Shown piece after piece: positions 26,107-38,040 of a stretch of DNA of 64,000 nt (positions are counted from its first letter, which is position 1; each line of letters opens with the position of its first letter). The stretch covers positions 130,946,001-131,010,000 of the forward strand of contig NC_086097.1 of NCBI RefSeq assembly GCF_963921235.1, given 5' to 3'. The translations under genes were made by a program, and so were the position numbers. This DNA is from Mobula hypostoma (taxonomy: Eukaryota). The notes under the pieces were generated by a model. It had not been told where the DNA came from, searched no databases, and was given only the letters and a program-made list of their open reading frames with translations.

Positions 26107-26982
26107 GCTAGAACTATTATGTTACCCATAATAACACCTTTACCAGGTGTTGAACTTCGAGCATGGATCAGTACATTGAACTATGATATTGTGGCCATTA
26201 CAAATACTTAGGTGAGAGGGAGACAGGAATGGATGCTTAATGTTCCAGAGTTTCAATGTTCCAGAAAAGATAGTGGGGGAGCTGCACTACTAATCAAGCA
26301 CAATATCGCATCTGCACTCAGAGGGAAAATAATGGAGTTCTTATCCACTGTCTATATGGGCAGAAATAAAAAAAAAGGGTGCAATCACTCTGATGGGATT
26401 GTACTATAGACTCTCCAGTAGCCACCGGGACATTCAGGAGCAGGTATGCGGGGAGATTAAGGAAAGGTGTAAAAACAATAGGGTTTTGTCATGGGGGACT
26501 TCGATTTCCCCAACATAAAAATGTGACCTACCTTCTGAGTGCAAGAGGTTTAGTTGGGGCGGAATTTGTTAGATGCATCCAAAAAGTGTTCTTTTGTAAA
26601 TAATCCAACAAGAGGAGGTGCTGTACTGGACCTCATGTTCAGTACTGAGCCTGGACAGGTGACTGACCTTTTTAGTGGATGAACAGTTAGAGAACAGTGA
26701 CCACAAGTATTCAAGTTTTACGTTATACCTTGTGGAAAAAATATTAAATTGGAGCAGGGAGAGTTACTAGGGAAATGCCATTTGTGGGCAAGTCCAAATC
26801 TGACATGTGGAGGGTATTTAAGACCAACTGCACAGAACACAAGCTGAGAAAGCTAGAATCAAACAGAGCTCTTGAGGATTATAAAGAAGCCAGAAAAGAA
26901 CTCAAGAGAATTAGGAAAGCCAAGAGGGGCTATGAAATATCCTTGCAAGTAGGATTAAAAGGAAACGCAAGACATTTTCATA

Positions 26983-28523
26983 CAGATGTCCCCCGCTTTT
27001 CGAACATTCGCTTTACGAAACCTCACCGTTACGAAAGACCTACATTAGTTCCCTGTTTTCGCTAACAGAAAGTGTTTTCACTGTTACGAAAAAAGCAGCA
27101 CACGATAAAAAACATCATGTGCCCCGAGGAGCCGCTCTCCCCTGGATTCAGAACGGCATTCTCACCGGCATTGCTTAACCATGTGCCTGTGAGCAGCCGT
27201 TTGCAAGATGATTTCAATGGTATCGGAAAAGCCTAAAAGAGCTCGTAAGGGTGTTACACTTAGCATAAAACTAGACAGAATTAAGCATTTTGATCGTGGT
27301 GTACAAAGTAAGGACTAAGTGAGTTTGGCATGTGGAAGCTGACGAAGATGATGTTGAAGAGGTTTTGGCATCCCATGAACAAGAACTGATATATGAAGAG
27401 CTGATGCAATTGGAAGATGAAAGGATAACAATCAAAACCGAATGAGTAATGATAAAGTATGAATTTAATTTTGAAAGGGTACATCAGTTTAGGGGATATT
27501 TGCAGATGGTTTGAGTGCTTACAAAGAACTGTATGATAGAAAAATGCGCAAGTCTCAGCAGTCAAGCAAGCCTTCCACATCAGCCACAGCAGACGACAAC
27601 CCTCGACCTTCGACATCGAGGCGGGCAGTCATAGAAGAAGATGAGCTGCCTGCTCTAATAGAAACAGACGACGAAATGACACCCCAGTGTCCCACCACCC
27701 CAATACCCAGGTCACAGACAGATACCGATTCGCAGAGAATGCAGCAGTAGCCAGGAGACACACAGTGCATCTCTAAAAAAAAAGCCGAAATAAACATGCT
27801 AATTAATTAGGTGCCGCCCGACACGTAATTGTCAGCCCAGATCAGAGGCGATGCAATCGGCACTGATCCGGGCCGACAATTACGTGCTGGGCGGCCCCTA
27901 ATTAATTAGCATGTTAATTTCGGCTTTTTTCTTAAAGATGTGCTGTGTGCCTCCCGGCTACCGCTGGACCCCTGCACGCTTCGCAGATCGGTATCGGTTC
28001 GCTGCCCGGAGGGTGGGGACCACTGCACCACCCAAACTCCGATGACTCAGTCTAACACACCATCATCTGTGTGCTCCATGCTTTCCCAATTCCGGTAAGT
28101 GATACTACACTGTACATATATATTTTCTACTTTATATCAGCTGTGTATTTTTACATGTTATTTGGTATGATTTGGCAGCTTCATAGCTTAAAGGTTACTG
28201 GAGAGTGCTTGCGCCGTGTTTTGCCGAGAGCGCTTGCGTGAGATTTTCACTACAGAGAACAGTTCAGGCAATGATTGTGGAAAAGTATTTCTACTTTATA
28301 TAAGCTGTGTATTTATCATGATATTCCTGCTTTTACTATATGTTACTGTTATTTTAGGTTTTATGTGTTATTTGGCATGATTTGGTAGGTTATTTTTGGG
28401 TCTGAAAACGCTCACAAAATTTTCCCATATAAATAAATGGTAATTGCTTCTTCGCTTTACAACATTCCGGCTTACGAACCATTTCATAGGAACGCTCTAC
28501 CTTCGGATGGCAGGAGAAACCTG
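26983..28523 (+). mobile_element. Non-autonomous Tigger/pogo DNA transposon with an internal palindrome
   Basis: TA target duplication (26981-82, 28524-25); imperfect TIRs CAGATGTCCCCCGCTTTTCGAA / CAGGTTTCTCCTGCCATCCGAA; transposase C-terminal remnant DDVEEVLASHEQEL..EELMQLE. Excision restores the host CR1 frame. Confidence 0.88.
27745..27966. repeat. Imperfect inverted repeat (about 100-bp arms) inside the Tigger-like element
   Basis: aaaaaagccgaaataaacatgctaattaattagg...cacgtaattgtcagcccagatcag is mirrored by ctgatccgggccgacaattacgtg...cctaattaattagcatgttaatttcggctttttt. Confidence 0.9.
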
Positions 28524-28884
28524 TACATACCTCAAGAGCAAGAGGATAACTAGGGAGAGGGTAGGACCACTCAAGGACAAACCAGGGGACATTTGCTTGG
28601 ATGCAGAGGATGTGGGTGAGGCCCTTAATGAGTGCTTTACATCAATATTTACTAAGAAGGAAATAGAGGGTAAGGAAATCAGTGCTGAGCATACTTCTGG
28701 TAAGGTGGCAGCATGTTCAGACCCAGTAGCCTCTCCGGGGCCAAACAAATGTGTCTTTGGCTTTTTTTATAATCGCACAACAATGATGGACATTAAGAAC
28801 TTTAAGTACTGCACATCTATCCCCATCAGCAAGCGGCTCATTGAAGGTGGACCTGAAGGAGCTGCACTTATTTCTTCAGGGGTT

Positions 28885-31800
28885 TGAACGGGGCATGACT
28901 GCACAAGCACATGGAGGTCGGCCAGTGAGAACAGCGGGAAGAGTTTAAAAGGAAGACAGATTTACAGAGCGGGTGTCAGAGGAGCGGGCGTCAGAGGAGC
29001 GGGCGACGGAGTAGTGGGAGACAGAGTAGGAAGGCTTTGGCTCAACAGGGCTTAAGCAATCAGAGGTTGAGGCCAGGTAGGTTATCTGTTTAAAACAAAG
29101 ACAGAAAGTACGTGTGTGAGGCCAGTTTGCTGTGCTCGGTGTCAGATGTGTGAAGTCCTGGAGACTCCCAGCCTCCTGGACAACCACATCTGCACCAGGT
29201 ATGTTGAGCTGCAGCTCCTTTGGGACCTGGTTACGGAACTGGAGTTGCAGCTCGATGACTTTCATCTGGTCAGGGAGAGTGAGGAGGTGATAGAGAGGAG
29301 CTATAGGCAGGTAGTCACTCTGGGGCCTGGGGAGACAGATAAGTGGGTAACAGTCAGGAGAGGGAAGGGGAAGCGTCAGGTACTAGAGAGTACCCCAGTG
29401 GCTGTCCGCCTTAACAATAAGTACTCCTGCTTGAGTACTGATTGGGGGGGGTACGGCCTAGCTGGGGAAAGTGACAGTGGTGGTGCCTCTGGCACAGAGT
29501 CTGGCCCTGTGGCTCAGAAGGGTAGGGAAAGGAAGAAGATGGCAGCAGTGATAGGGGACTCTATAGTTAGGGGGCAGATAGGCGATTCTGTTGACGCAAG
29601 AAAGAAATGCAGATGGCAGTTTGCCTCCCAGGTGCCAGGGTCCGGGATGTTTCTGATCGCGTCCACAATATCTTGAAGTAGGAAGGAGAACAGCCAGAGG
29701 TGTGGTACATATTGGTACCAACTACATAGGTAGGAAAAGGGAGGAGGTCCTGAAAACAGACTACAGGGACTTTGGAAAGAAGTTGAGAAGCAAGACCTCA
29801 AAGGTAGTAATCTTGGGATTACTGCCTGTGCCACGTGACAGTGAGTATAGGAATAGAGTAAGGTGGAGGATAAATGTGTGGCTGAGGGATTGAAGCAGGG
29901 GGCAGGGATTCAGATTTCTGGATCATTGGGACCTCTTCTGGGGAAGGTGTGACCTGTGCAAAAAAGAAGGGTAGCACTTGAATCCAAGGGGAACCAATAT
30001 CCTGGTGGGACAGTTTGCTAAGGCTACTGGGGAGAGCTTAAACTAGAATTGCTGGGGGGGGTGGGAACCGAACTGCAGTGACGGAGGGGGGGTGGGAACC
30101 AAACTGAAGTGACGGAGGAAAGGGAGGTTCGCTCACAAGTGTAGAAAGCTTGGAGACAGTGCGAAAGGGAGAATAGGCCAATAGGCGCTCAGACCGCTGG
30201 TTTGAGATGTGTCTATTTTAATACCAGGAGTATTATGAATAAGGCGGATGAGCTTAGAGCTATGATGTTGTGGCCATTACAGAGACTTGGATGGTGCAGG
30301 GGCAGAAATGGCTACTTCAAGTGCCAGGCTTTAGATGTTTCAGGAAGGTTAGGGAGGTAGGCAAAAGAGCTGGGGGTGTGGCACTGTTGATCAGAGATAG
30401 TGTCACAGCTGCAGAAAAGGAGGAAGTCATGGAGGGGTTGTCTATGGGGTCTCTGTGGGAGAAAGTTTGGAATAGAAAGGAGTCAATAACTCTGCTGGGT
30501 GTTTTTTTTATCGACCGCCCAATAGTAATGGATATCCAGAAGCAGACAGGGATACAGATTCTGAAAAGGAATAATAATAACAGGGTCATTGCAGTGGGAG
30601 ATAGTAATTTCCCAAATATTGAGTGGCATCTCCCTAGAGTGAGGGGTTTAGATGGGGTAGAGTTTGTTAGGGGTGTTCAGGAAGGTTTCTTGACACAATA
30701 TGTAGATAAGTTTACAAGAGGAGAGGCTGCACTTGATCTGATATTGGGAAATGAACCTGGTCAGGTGTCAGGTCTCTCAGTGGGAGAGCATTTTGAAGAT
30801 AGTGATCACAATTCTATCTCCTTTACCATAACATTGCAGAGGGATAGGAACAGACAAGTTAGGAAAACGTTTAATTGAAGTAAGGGGAAATATGAAGCTA
30901 TCAGGCAGGAACTTGGAAGCATAAATTGGAAACAGATGTTCTTAGGGAAACATACGGAAGAAATGTGGCAAATGTTCTGGGGATATTTGCGTGGGGTTCT
31001 GAATAGGTACATTCCAATGAGAAATTGAAATGATGGTAGGGTACAAGATCTGTGATGCACAAAGGCTGTTATAAATCTAGTCAAGAAGAAAAGAAGAGCT
31101 TATGAAAGGTTCCAAAAACCAGGTAATGACAGGAGTCTAGAAGATTATAAGGCCAGCAGGAAGGAGCTTAAGAAGGAAATTAGGAGAGCAAGAAGGGGCC
31201 ATGAGAAGGCCTTGGCAGACAGGACTAAGGAAAACCCCAAGGCATTCTACAAGTATGTGAAGAGCAAGAGGATAAGATATGAGAGAATAGGAACAATCAA
31301 GTGTGACAGTGGAAAAGTGTGTATGGAACCGAAGGAAACAGCGAAGGTACTTAATGAATACTTTGCTTCAGTATTCACTAGGGAAAAAGATCTTGGTGAT
31401 TGTAGCGATGACTTGCAGTGGACTGAAAAGCTTGAACATGTAGATATTAAGTAAGGGGAAGTGTGGGAGCTTTTGGAAAGGAACAAGTTGGATAAGTCAC
31501 CGGGACCGAACAGGATGTACCCCAGGCTACTGTGGGAAGCGAGGTGGGAGATTGCTGAGCCGCTGGCAATGATCTTTGCATCATCAATGGGGATGGGAGA
31601 GGTTCTGGAGGATTGGAGGGTTGCGGATATTGTTCCCTTCTTCAAGAAAGGAAGTAGGAATAGCCCAGGAAATGAAAGGCCAGTGAGTCTTCCTTCAGTG
31701 GTTGGTAAGTTGATGGAGAAGATCCTGAGAAGTAGGATTTATGAACATTTGGCATAATATGATTTTAGGAATAGTCAGCATGGCTTTTGTCAAAGACAGG

Positions 31801-33025
31801 TCATGCCTTACGAGCCTGATTGGACTTTTTGAGGATGTGACAAAACACCTTGATGAAGGTAGAGCAGTAGATGTAGTGTATATGGATTTTAGCAAGGCAT
31901 TTAATAAGGTACCCCATGCAAGGCTTATTGAGAAAGTAAGGAGGCACAGGATCTAAGGGGACATTGTTTTGTGGATCCAGTACTGGTTTCCCCACAGAAG
32001 GCAAAGAGTGGTTGTCGACAGTATGGAGGCCAGTGACCAGTGGTGTGCCTCAGGGATCTGTTCTGGGACCCCTACTCTTTGTGATTTTTATAAATGACCT
32101 AGATGAGGAAGTGGAGGGATGGGTTAGTAAATCTGCTGATGACACAAAGGTTGGGGGGTGTTGTGGATAGTGTGGAGGGCTGTCAGAGGTTACAGCGGGA
32201 CATTGATAGGATGCAAAACTGGGCTGAGAAGTGGCAGATGGAGTTCAACCCAGATAAGTGTGAGGTAGTTCATTTTGGTAGGTCAAATATGATGGCAGAA
32301 TACAGCATTAATGGTAAGACTCTTGGCAGTGCGGAGGATCAGAGGGATCTTGGGGTCCAAGTCCATAGGACACTCAAAGCTGCTACACAGGTTGACTCTG
32401 TGGTTAAGAAGGCATATGATGCATTGAGCTTCATCAATCGTGGGATTGAGTTCAAGAGTCAAGAGATAATGTTGCAGCTATATAGGACCCTGGTCAGACC
32501 CCACTTGGAGTACTGCGCTCAGTTCTGGTCGCCTCACTGCAGGAAGGACTTAGAAACCATAGAAAGAGTGCAGAGGAGATTTACAAGGATGTTGCCTGGA
32601 TTGGGGAGCATGCCTTATGAGAATAGGTTGAGTGAACTCGGCCTTTTCTCCTTGGAGCAATGGAAGATGAGAGGTCACCTAATAGAGATAAACAAGATGA
32701 TGAGAGGCATTGATCGTGTGGATAGTCAGAGGCTTTTCCACAGGGCTGAAATGGCTAGCACAAGAGGGCGTAGTTTTAAGGTGCTTGGAAGTAGGTACAG
32801 TGGAGATGTCGGGATAAGTTTTTTTTTAAACACAGAGTGGTGAGTGCGTGGAATGGGCTGCCGGCAGTGGGGGTGGAGGCGGAAACGATATGGTCTTTTC
32901 AGAGACTCCTGGATAGCTACATGTAGCTTAGAAAAATAGAAGGCTATGGCTTAAAGCCTAGGTAGTTCTAAGCTTTGTGGGCCGAAGGGCCTGTATTGTG
33001 CTGTAGGTTTTCTATGTTTCTATGT
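28885..33025 (+). mobile_element. Near full-length CR1 LINE (5'UTR, ORF1, ORF2 APE+RT), inactivated
   Basis: ORF1 has a Cys-rich finger and leucine zipper (CARCQMCE...ICTR..ELQLL.D.V.ELE.QL) and SGNH esterase motifs (IGDSIV, VHIGTN). ORF2 has [31 protein letters not shown]. Tail is (TTTCTATG)n. Multiple stops and frameshifts. Confidence 0.95.
30054..30118 (+). repeat. About 30-bp tandem duplication in the CR1 ORF1-ORF2 linker
   Basis: gggggggtgggaaccRaactgMagtgacggagg occurs twice. Confidence 0.85.
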
Positions 33026-34049
33026 TACTGCGCATTACGGAAAGACATCGGATTTGGTGCATTAAGACGGTGTGCAGTCTAACAGTGAGTGTGTATCTTT
33101 GACCCTTCTCTTGCGATCCCAAGACCATACTGCACATTGATAATGTAAAATGCTGCACATCCATTCCCCTTATTTTGTTGGAAAAACAGACGGCAGGGGA
33201 GCTGTGTCATCTTGGTTGTAGCGAGGATGAGACCTCAAGATGCAGGCTTCCTCTGCAGGAGTCCAGGAGGGGAGATGCCAAAGGCAGTATAGTGCAGCAC
33301 CATGGTGGGTTGCGAACTAGCTCCTACCGTTGATGATGTCCTCCAGTGTTTGCTTGATGGGGAGGCAAGTTGGATTGCATGCATACAATCGTTAGCGGGC
33401 TGCTGAAAACTGCTTGTTCTTCCCAATAGCAACCATGCACCATCAATTTACAGGACATGCCACTCAGTGATTTCGGCTATATACTTATTTTTGTGTGGCT
33501 GTATGTTTACTGCTATCTTATAAGTGCTCTATGCAGCTTTTGCTATGTGTGACTGTTGGTACTATGTTTTGCACCTTGGCCCAGGAGGAATGCCATTTTG
33601 TTTGGCTGTATTCATGGATGGTTGAATAATAATTAAAGTTGAACTTTGAAATGGAAGGGAATTTTGAGGTAAAGTAGGAGGTAGTGTTAAGTCTCTTAAA
33701 GAGCATTAAGGTGGATAAGACCCAAGGCCTGATGGGATATACCCCAGTTTATCAAGGAAAACAAGAGAAGAGGTTACTGATCTCTTGACAATATTTTCAT
33801 GTCCTGTCTAACCACATGCACAGACCTAGAAGACTGTTAAGTAGCTAATGTTGATCCACCATTCAAGTAAGGAACAAGGGATAATCCTGGAAACTACAGA
33901 TCAGCGAGTCTCGTGTCAGTGGCAGGGAAGTTGCTGAAGAGAATTCTTAGGGATAGGATTTATGAACATTTGGAATACCATGGCCTTATTAGGGAGAGCC
34001 AGCATGGCTTTGTGCAGGGCAAGTCATGTCTTACTAATTTGATTAAGAA

Positions 34050-34190
34050 TTGCAAATGACAGAAATCCAAAATAAGAATATGGAAAATACTCCAGTCAGG
34101 TTGCATTTGACTGAGGGTCTTCAGTCTGCATATTTCTCTTCCCACAAATGTGGTCTGGCCTGCTGAATATTTTCAGCAATTTTCTGTTTT
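34050..34190. mobile_element. Decayed Penelope-like terminal remnant
   Basis: tggaaaatactccagtcaggttgcatt ... tggcctgctgaatattttcagcaattttctg in a loosely inverted arrangement. Confidence 0.5.
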
Positions 34191-34890
34191 TACTATATGA
34201 AAAGACTCAAGTTTAGTGAAAAATGGTGAAGAAAATTGGAAGGTGAAGAGAATTTAGAGAACATTTTGACATTCCTTCTCATCTGCAGCACTTGATACAG
34301 GAGAATATACAAACGTTTGTAAAATACAACATGCTAATACTGTAAATACACTGTTCCTCCAACCTATGAATTCATGCTACATAGTTCAGCAATTTAAGAA
34401 GATCCCAGTTATGCTGCTTGGAAACTAAGCATTTATCCACATGACCCTTTCTATACCAGATAGATCATACATTTTCTCCTACCAAACTGGCAAAGATCCA
34501 ACTAACAGCTCTCAGGTTACTGGTATCATCCGAACAAACTTGCAATGGAATATTGTCAACAAGTGGATGAAACCCAAGTAAAAATCATGCACCTCAGCTG
34601 TCAAAGAGCAGAAGATTGAATGGCAGCTGCAGAGCTGGTTTTACTATGGAAAATTATTCATTACCCGTGTCTATATATGCACATGCAATATTTATTCACA
34701 GGTTATTCCATACTTTCCTTACAACTAACACGATTCCTCTTACTGATTAAACACATACAATTTAAAGTCAACATTTCTTAAAAGAACTTGCTCATTTTTA
34801 TATGCTACAAATTTATTGTCCAGTATTCATTAAATTTATAGTTAATGAAATGATTTAATCAATAAGCTTCTAATTTTCCTATATAGCTTA

Positions 34891-35748
34891 TGTTACGTAC
34901 CCCGTAACTGGGTTGCCAAACCAGCAGAAATGGATCACTCAGTTGGAGTCTGGAGTACTAGAACTAAGAAAGTTTTATTACAGAAACAAGCAACACAGTA
35001 ATCGAAAGGATAATAAATGCAACAGTTCAGTGATGATAAACACACATGTGCACAGAATTAAGATAACAGCATCAATCAAGCTCTATCGTTGTCTAGGGGT
35101 AAATGACCAATTTCAAAATGACTCAAAGTTCAGTCCAGTTTGTAGTTCAGTTCGCAGTAATCGTTGCCATGGCGATGGACAAGGTGGGGGAAGAGAGACA
35201 TAGAATAGGAACAACTCATCATTCAGCACAGCTTCACTCACAGACCAGCGGGATGGCTCACAAACAGCATTTGGGCGGGTCCTTGGTGATGTCACCTGAG
35301 GTCACCGACTGTGACCCCTCCTCCAGATGCGGTCGATCCTCTGCAGTGAACCCGGCACCCAGGCAAGGGCGGACACACACCGGGTTCCCGCTGATCGTAC
35401 CTTTCCACCCTGTGCGTTGTCCGATTCTTCTCACCACTCGTGAGAGGCGCACCGCTTCCAGGGTCTCGTTACCTCGGGTGGCGTGTGTGTCTGTCTTAGC
35501 GAACCTGTCCCTTTTTATCCCCCTGCTGGGGTATCGCCTGTCCATCACTTCAAACAGTTCAGGGCTCAAAGGGGGGAGCCGCTCCAGACAGCTCTTCCTC
35601 CCACATCCCTTCATTACACATCTCCAGACGCTGCTCCATTGTTCCTTATCTCTCCTTCCCCTGAGGGCAGGTGGCAGACCAACTGCTGATGCCACTGATG
35701 CTAGCCCAGGCCAGCAAACATCTTAATTTTATGTGTATTCTCGTAACA
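34891..35748 (-). mobile_element. Solo LTR (858 bp), probably Gypsy or ERV class
   Basis: TG...CA ends with a 7-bp inverted repeat TGTTACG/CGTAACA; CpG-rich. On the minus strand there is a TATA-like GGATAAAA at about 35512-35520 and AATAAA at about 34975. Confidence 0.8.
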
Positions 35749-36086
35749 GTTCATATTACAAGGCAGAGCAAATTTTGAAAATACAGCATTAATATGTTGC
35801 TTTTTATATCCTCATGTATCAAATGCTGCAGATGAGGATAAATGGCAAGCTTTGAAAAGTCAGTCTAAATTGTAAAGTTATTATCATGCCTGAATTACCA
35901 AACAGGCCAAGTTGCAGGTGCGCTCAAGGATCACTACGTAAAGAATTTCCCAGCTTTGCAGACTTATAGTAACCTGCAGCTGTTTGATACCCGAGATATA
36001 TAATCTCATCTTGTACCTCCTCATTTTAAGACCTTCCTTCAAACAGTTCTTAATTCGAAAAATTTAACGCTCATTTTTGTCTGATT

Positions 36087-37965
36087 AATCAGGAGGGCTA
36101 AAAAGAAGACATGAGGTTGCCTTGGCAGTCAAAGTGAAGGATAATCCAAAGAGCTCTTACAAATATATTAAGAGCAAAAGGATTATAAGGGATAAAATTG
36201 GTCCTCTTGAAGATCAGAGTGGTCGGCTTTGTGCAGAACCAAAGGAAATGGGGGAGATCTTAAATAGGTTTTTTGCGTCTGTATTTACTAAGGAAGCTGG
36301 CATAAAATCTATGGAATTGAGGGAATCAAGTAGTGAGACCATGGAAACTGTACAGATTGAAAAGGAGGAGGTGCTTGCTGTCTTGAGGAAAATTAAACTG
36401 GATAAATCCCCGGGACCTGACAGAGTGTTCCCTCGGACCTTGAAGGAGACTAGTGTTGAAATTGCGGGGGCCCTGGCAGAAATATTTAAAACGTCGCTGC
36501 CTACGGGTGAAGTGCCGGAGGATTGGAGAGTGGCTCATGTTGTTCCATTGTTTAAAAAAGGATCGAAAAGTAATCCGGGAAATTATAGGCCGGTGAGTTT
36601 AACGTCAGTAGTGGGTAAGTTATTGGAGGGAATACTGAGATACAGAATCTACAAGCATTTGGATAGACAGGGGCTTATTAGGGAGAGTCAACATGGCTTT
36701 GTGCGTGGTAGGTCATGTTTGACCAATCTGTTGGAGTTTTTCGAGGAGGTTACCAGCAAAGTGGATGAAGAGAAGGCAGTGGATATTGTCTACATGGACT
36801 TCCGTAAGGCCTTTGACAAGGTCCCACATGGGAGGTTAGTTAGGAAAATTCAGTCGCTAGGTATACATGGAGAGGTGGTAAATTGGATTAGACATTGGCT
36901 CAATGGAAGAAGCCAGAGAGTGGTGGTAGAGAATTGCTTCTCTGAGTGGAGGCCTGTGACTAGTGGTGTGCCACAGGGATCAGTGCTGGGTCCATTGTTA
37001 TTTGTCATCTATATCAATGATCTGGATGATAATGTGGTAAATTGGATCAGCAAGTTTGCAGATGATACAAAGATTGGAGGTGTAGTAGACAGTGAGGAAG
37101 GTTTTCGGAGCCTGCAGAGGGACTTGGACCATCTGGAAAAATGGGCTGAAAAATGGCAGATGGAGTTTAATACTGACAAGTGTGAGGTATTGCACGTTGG
37201 AAGGACAAACCAATGTAGAACATACAGGGTTAATGGTAAGGCACTGAGGAGTGCAGTGGAACAGAGGGATCTGGGAATACAGATACAAAATTCCCTAAAA
37301 GTGTCGTCACAGGTAGATAGGGTCGTAAAGAGAGCTTTTGGTACATTGGCCTTTATTAATCAAAGTATTGAGTATAACAGCTGGAATGTTATGATGAGGC
37401 ATTGGTGAGGCCGAATCTGGAGTATTGTGCTCAGTTTTGGTCACCAAATTACAGGAAGGATATAAATAAGGTTGAAAGAGTGCAGAGAAGGTTTACAAGG
37501 ATGTTGCCGGGACTTGAGAAACTCAGTTACAGAGAAAGGTTGAATAGGTTAGGACTTTATTCCCTGGAGCGTAGAAGAATGAGGGGAGATTTGATAGAGG
37601 TATATAAAATTATGGTGGGTATAGATAGAGTGAATGCAAGCAGGCTTTTTCCACTGAGGCAAGGGGAGAAAAAAACCAGAGGACATGGGTTAAGGGTGAA
37701 GGGGGAAAAGTTTAAAGGGAACATGGGGGGGGCTTCTTCACACAGAGAGTGGTGGAAGTATGGAATGAGCTGCCAGACGAGGTGGTAAATGCGGGTTCTT
37801 TTTTAACATTTAAGAATAAATTGGACAGATACATGGATGGGAGGTGTATGGAGGGATATGGTACGTGTGCAGGTCAGTGGGACTAGGCAGAAAATGGTTC
37901 GGCACAGCCAAGAAGGGCCAAAAGGCCTGTTTCTGTGCTGTAGTTTCTATGGTTCTATGGTTCTA
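36087..37965 (+). mobile_element. Young 5'-truncated CR1 LINE with an uninterrupted RT domain
   Basis: 428-aa ORF with [35 protein letters not shown]; frameshift at about 37400; (TTCTATGG)n tail. Confidence 0.96.
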
Positions 37966-38040
37966 ATCTACTGTTAAATGTCACAAATTATTTTCACACA
38001 TCACACAGCACCTTGTACTTCAAAAGGTTAGTTTGTTGCT

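Larger units (their letters stand above)
28693..33650 (+). mobile_element. Non-autonomous Rex1-tailed retroelement, split by a full-length CR1
   Basis: 5' piece about 28693-28884 begins ttctggtaaggtggcagc. 3' piece about 33026-33650 ends gcaccttggcccaggaggaatg...attaaagttgaactttgaa. Both pieces sit at a single point of the host CR1. Confidence 0.6.
25090..34047 (+). mobile_element. Old CR1 LINE (ORF1 esterase to RT), host of nested insertions
   Basis: IGDSIV at about 25400, APE motifs at 26000-26710, and an RT-proximal region that reads through both major insertion junctions (FH|TYLKSKR at 26980/28525; EISAEH at 28690 resuming about 33650 toward LKSIKVDK). Confidence 0.85.

Noticed and set aside
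35103..35726. 207-aa ORF with an overlapping 145-aa antisense ORF
   Set aside because: Lies wholly within the GC-rich solo LTR with no recognisable domain; likely chance open frames.
36122..37408. 428-aa RT ORF as a domesticated gene or novel RT system
   Set aside because: Ordinary 5'-truncated CR1 ORF2 with a non-ATG start, downstream frameshift and LINE tail.
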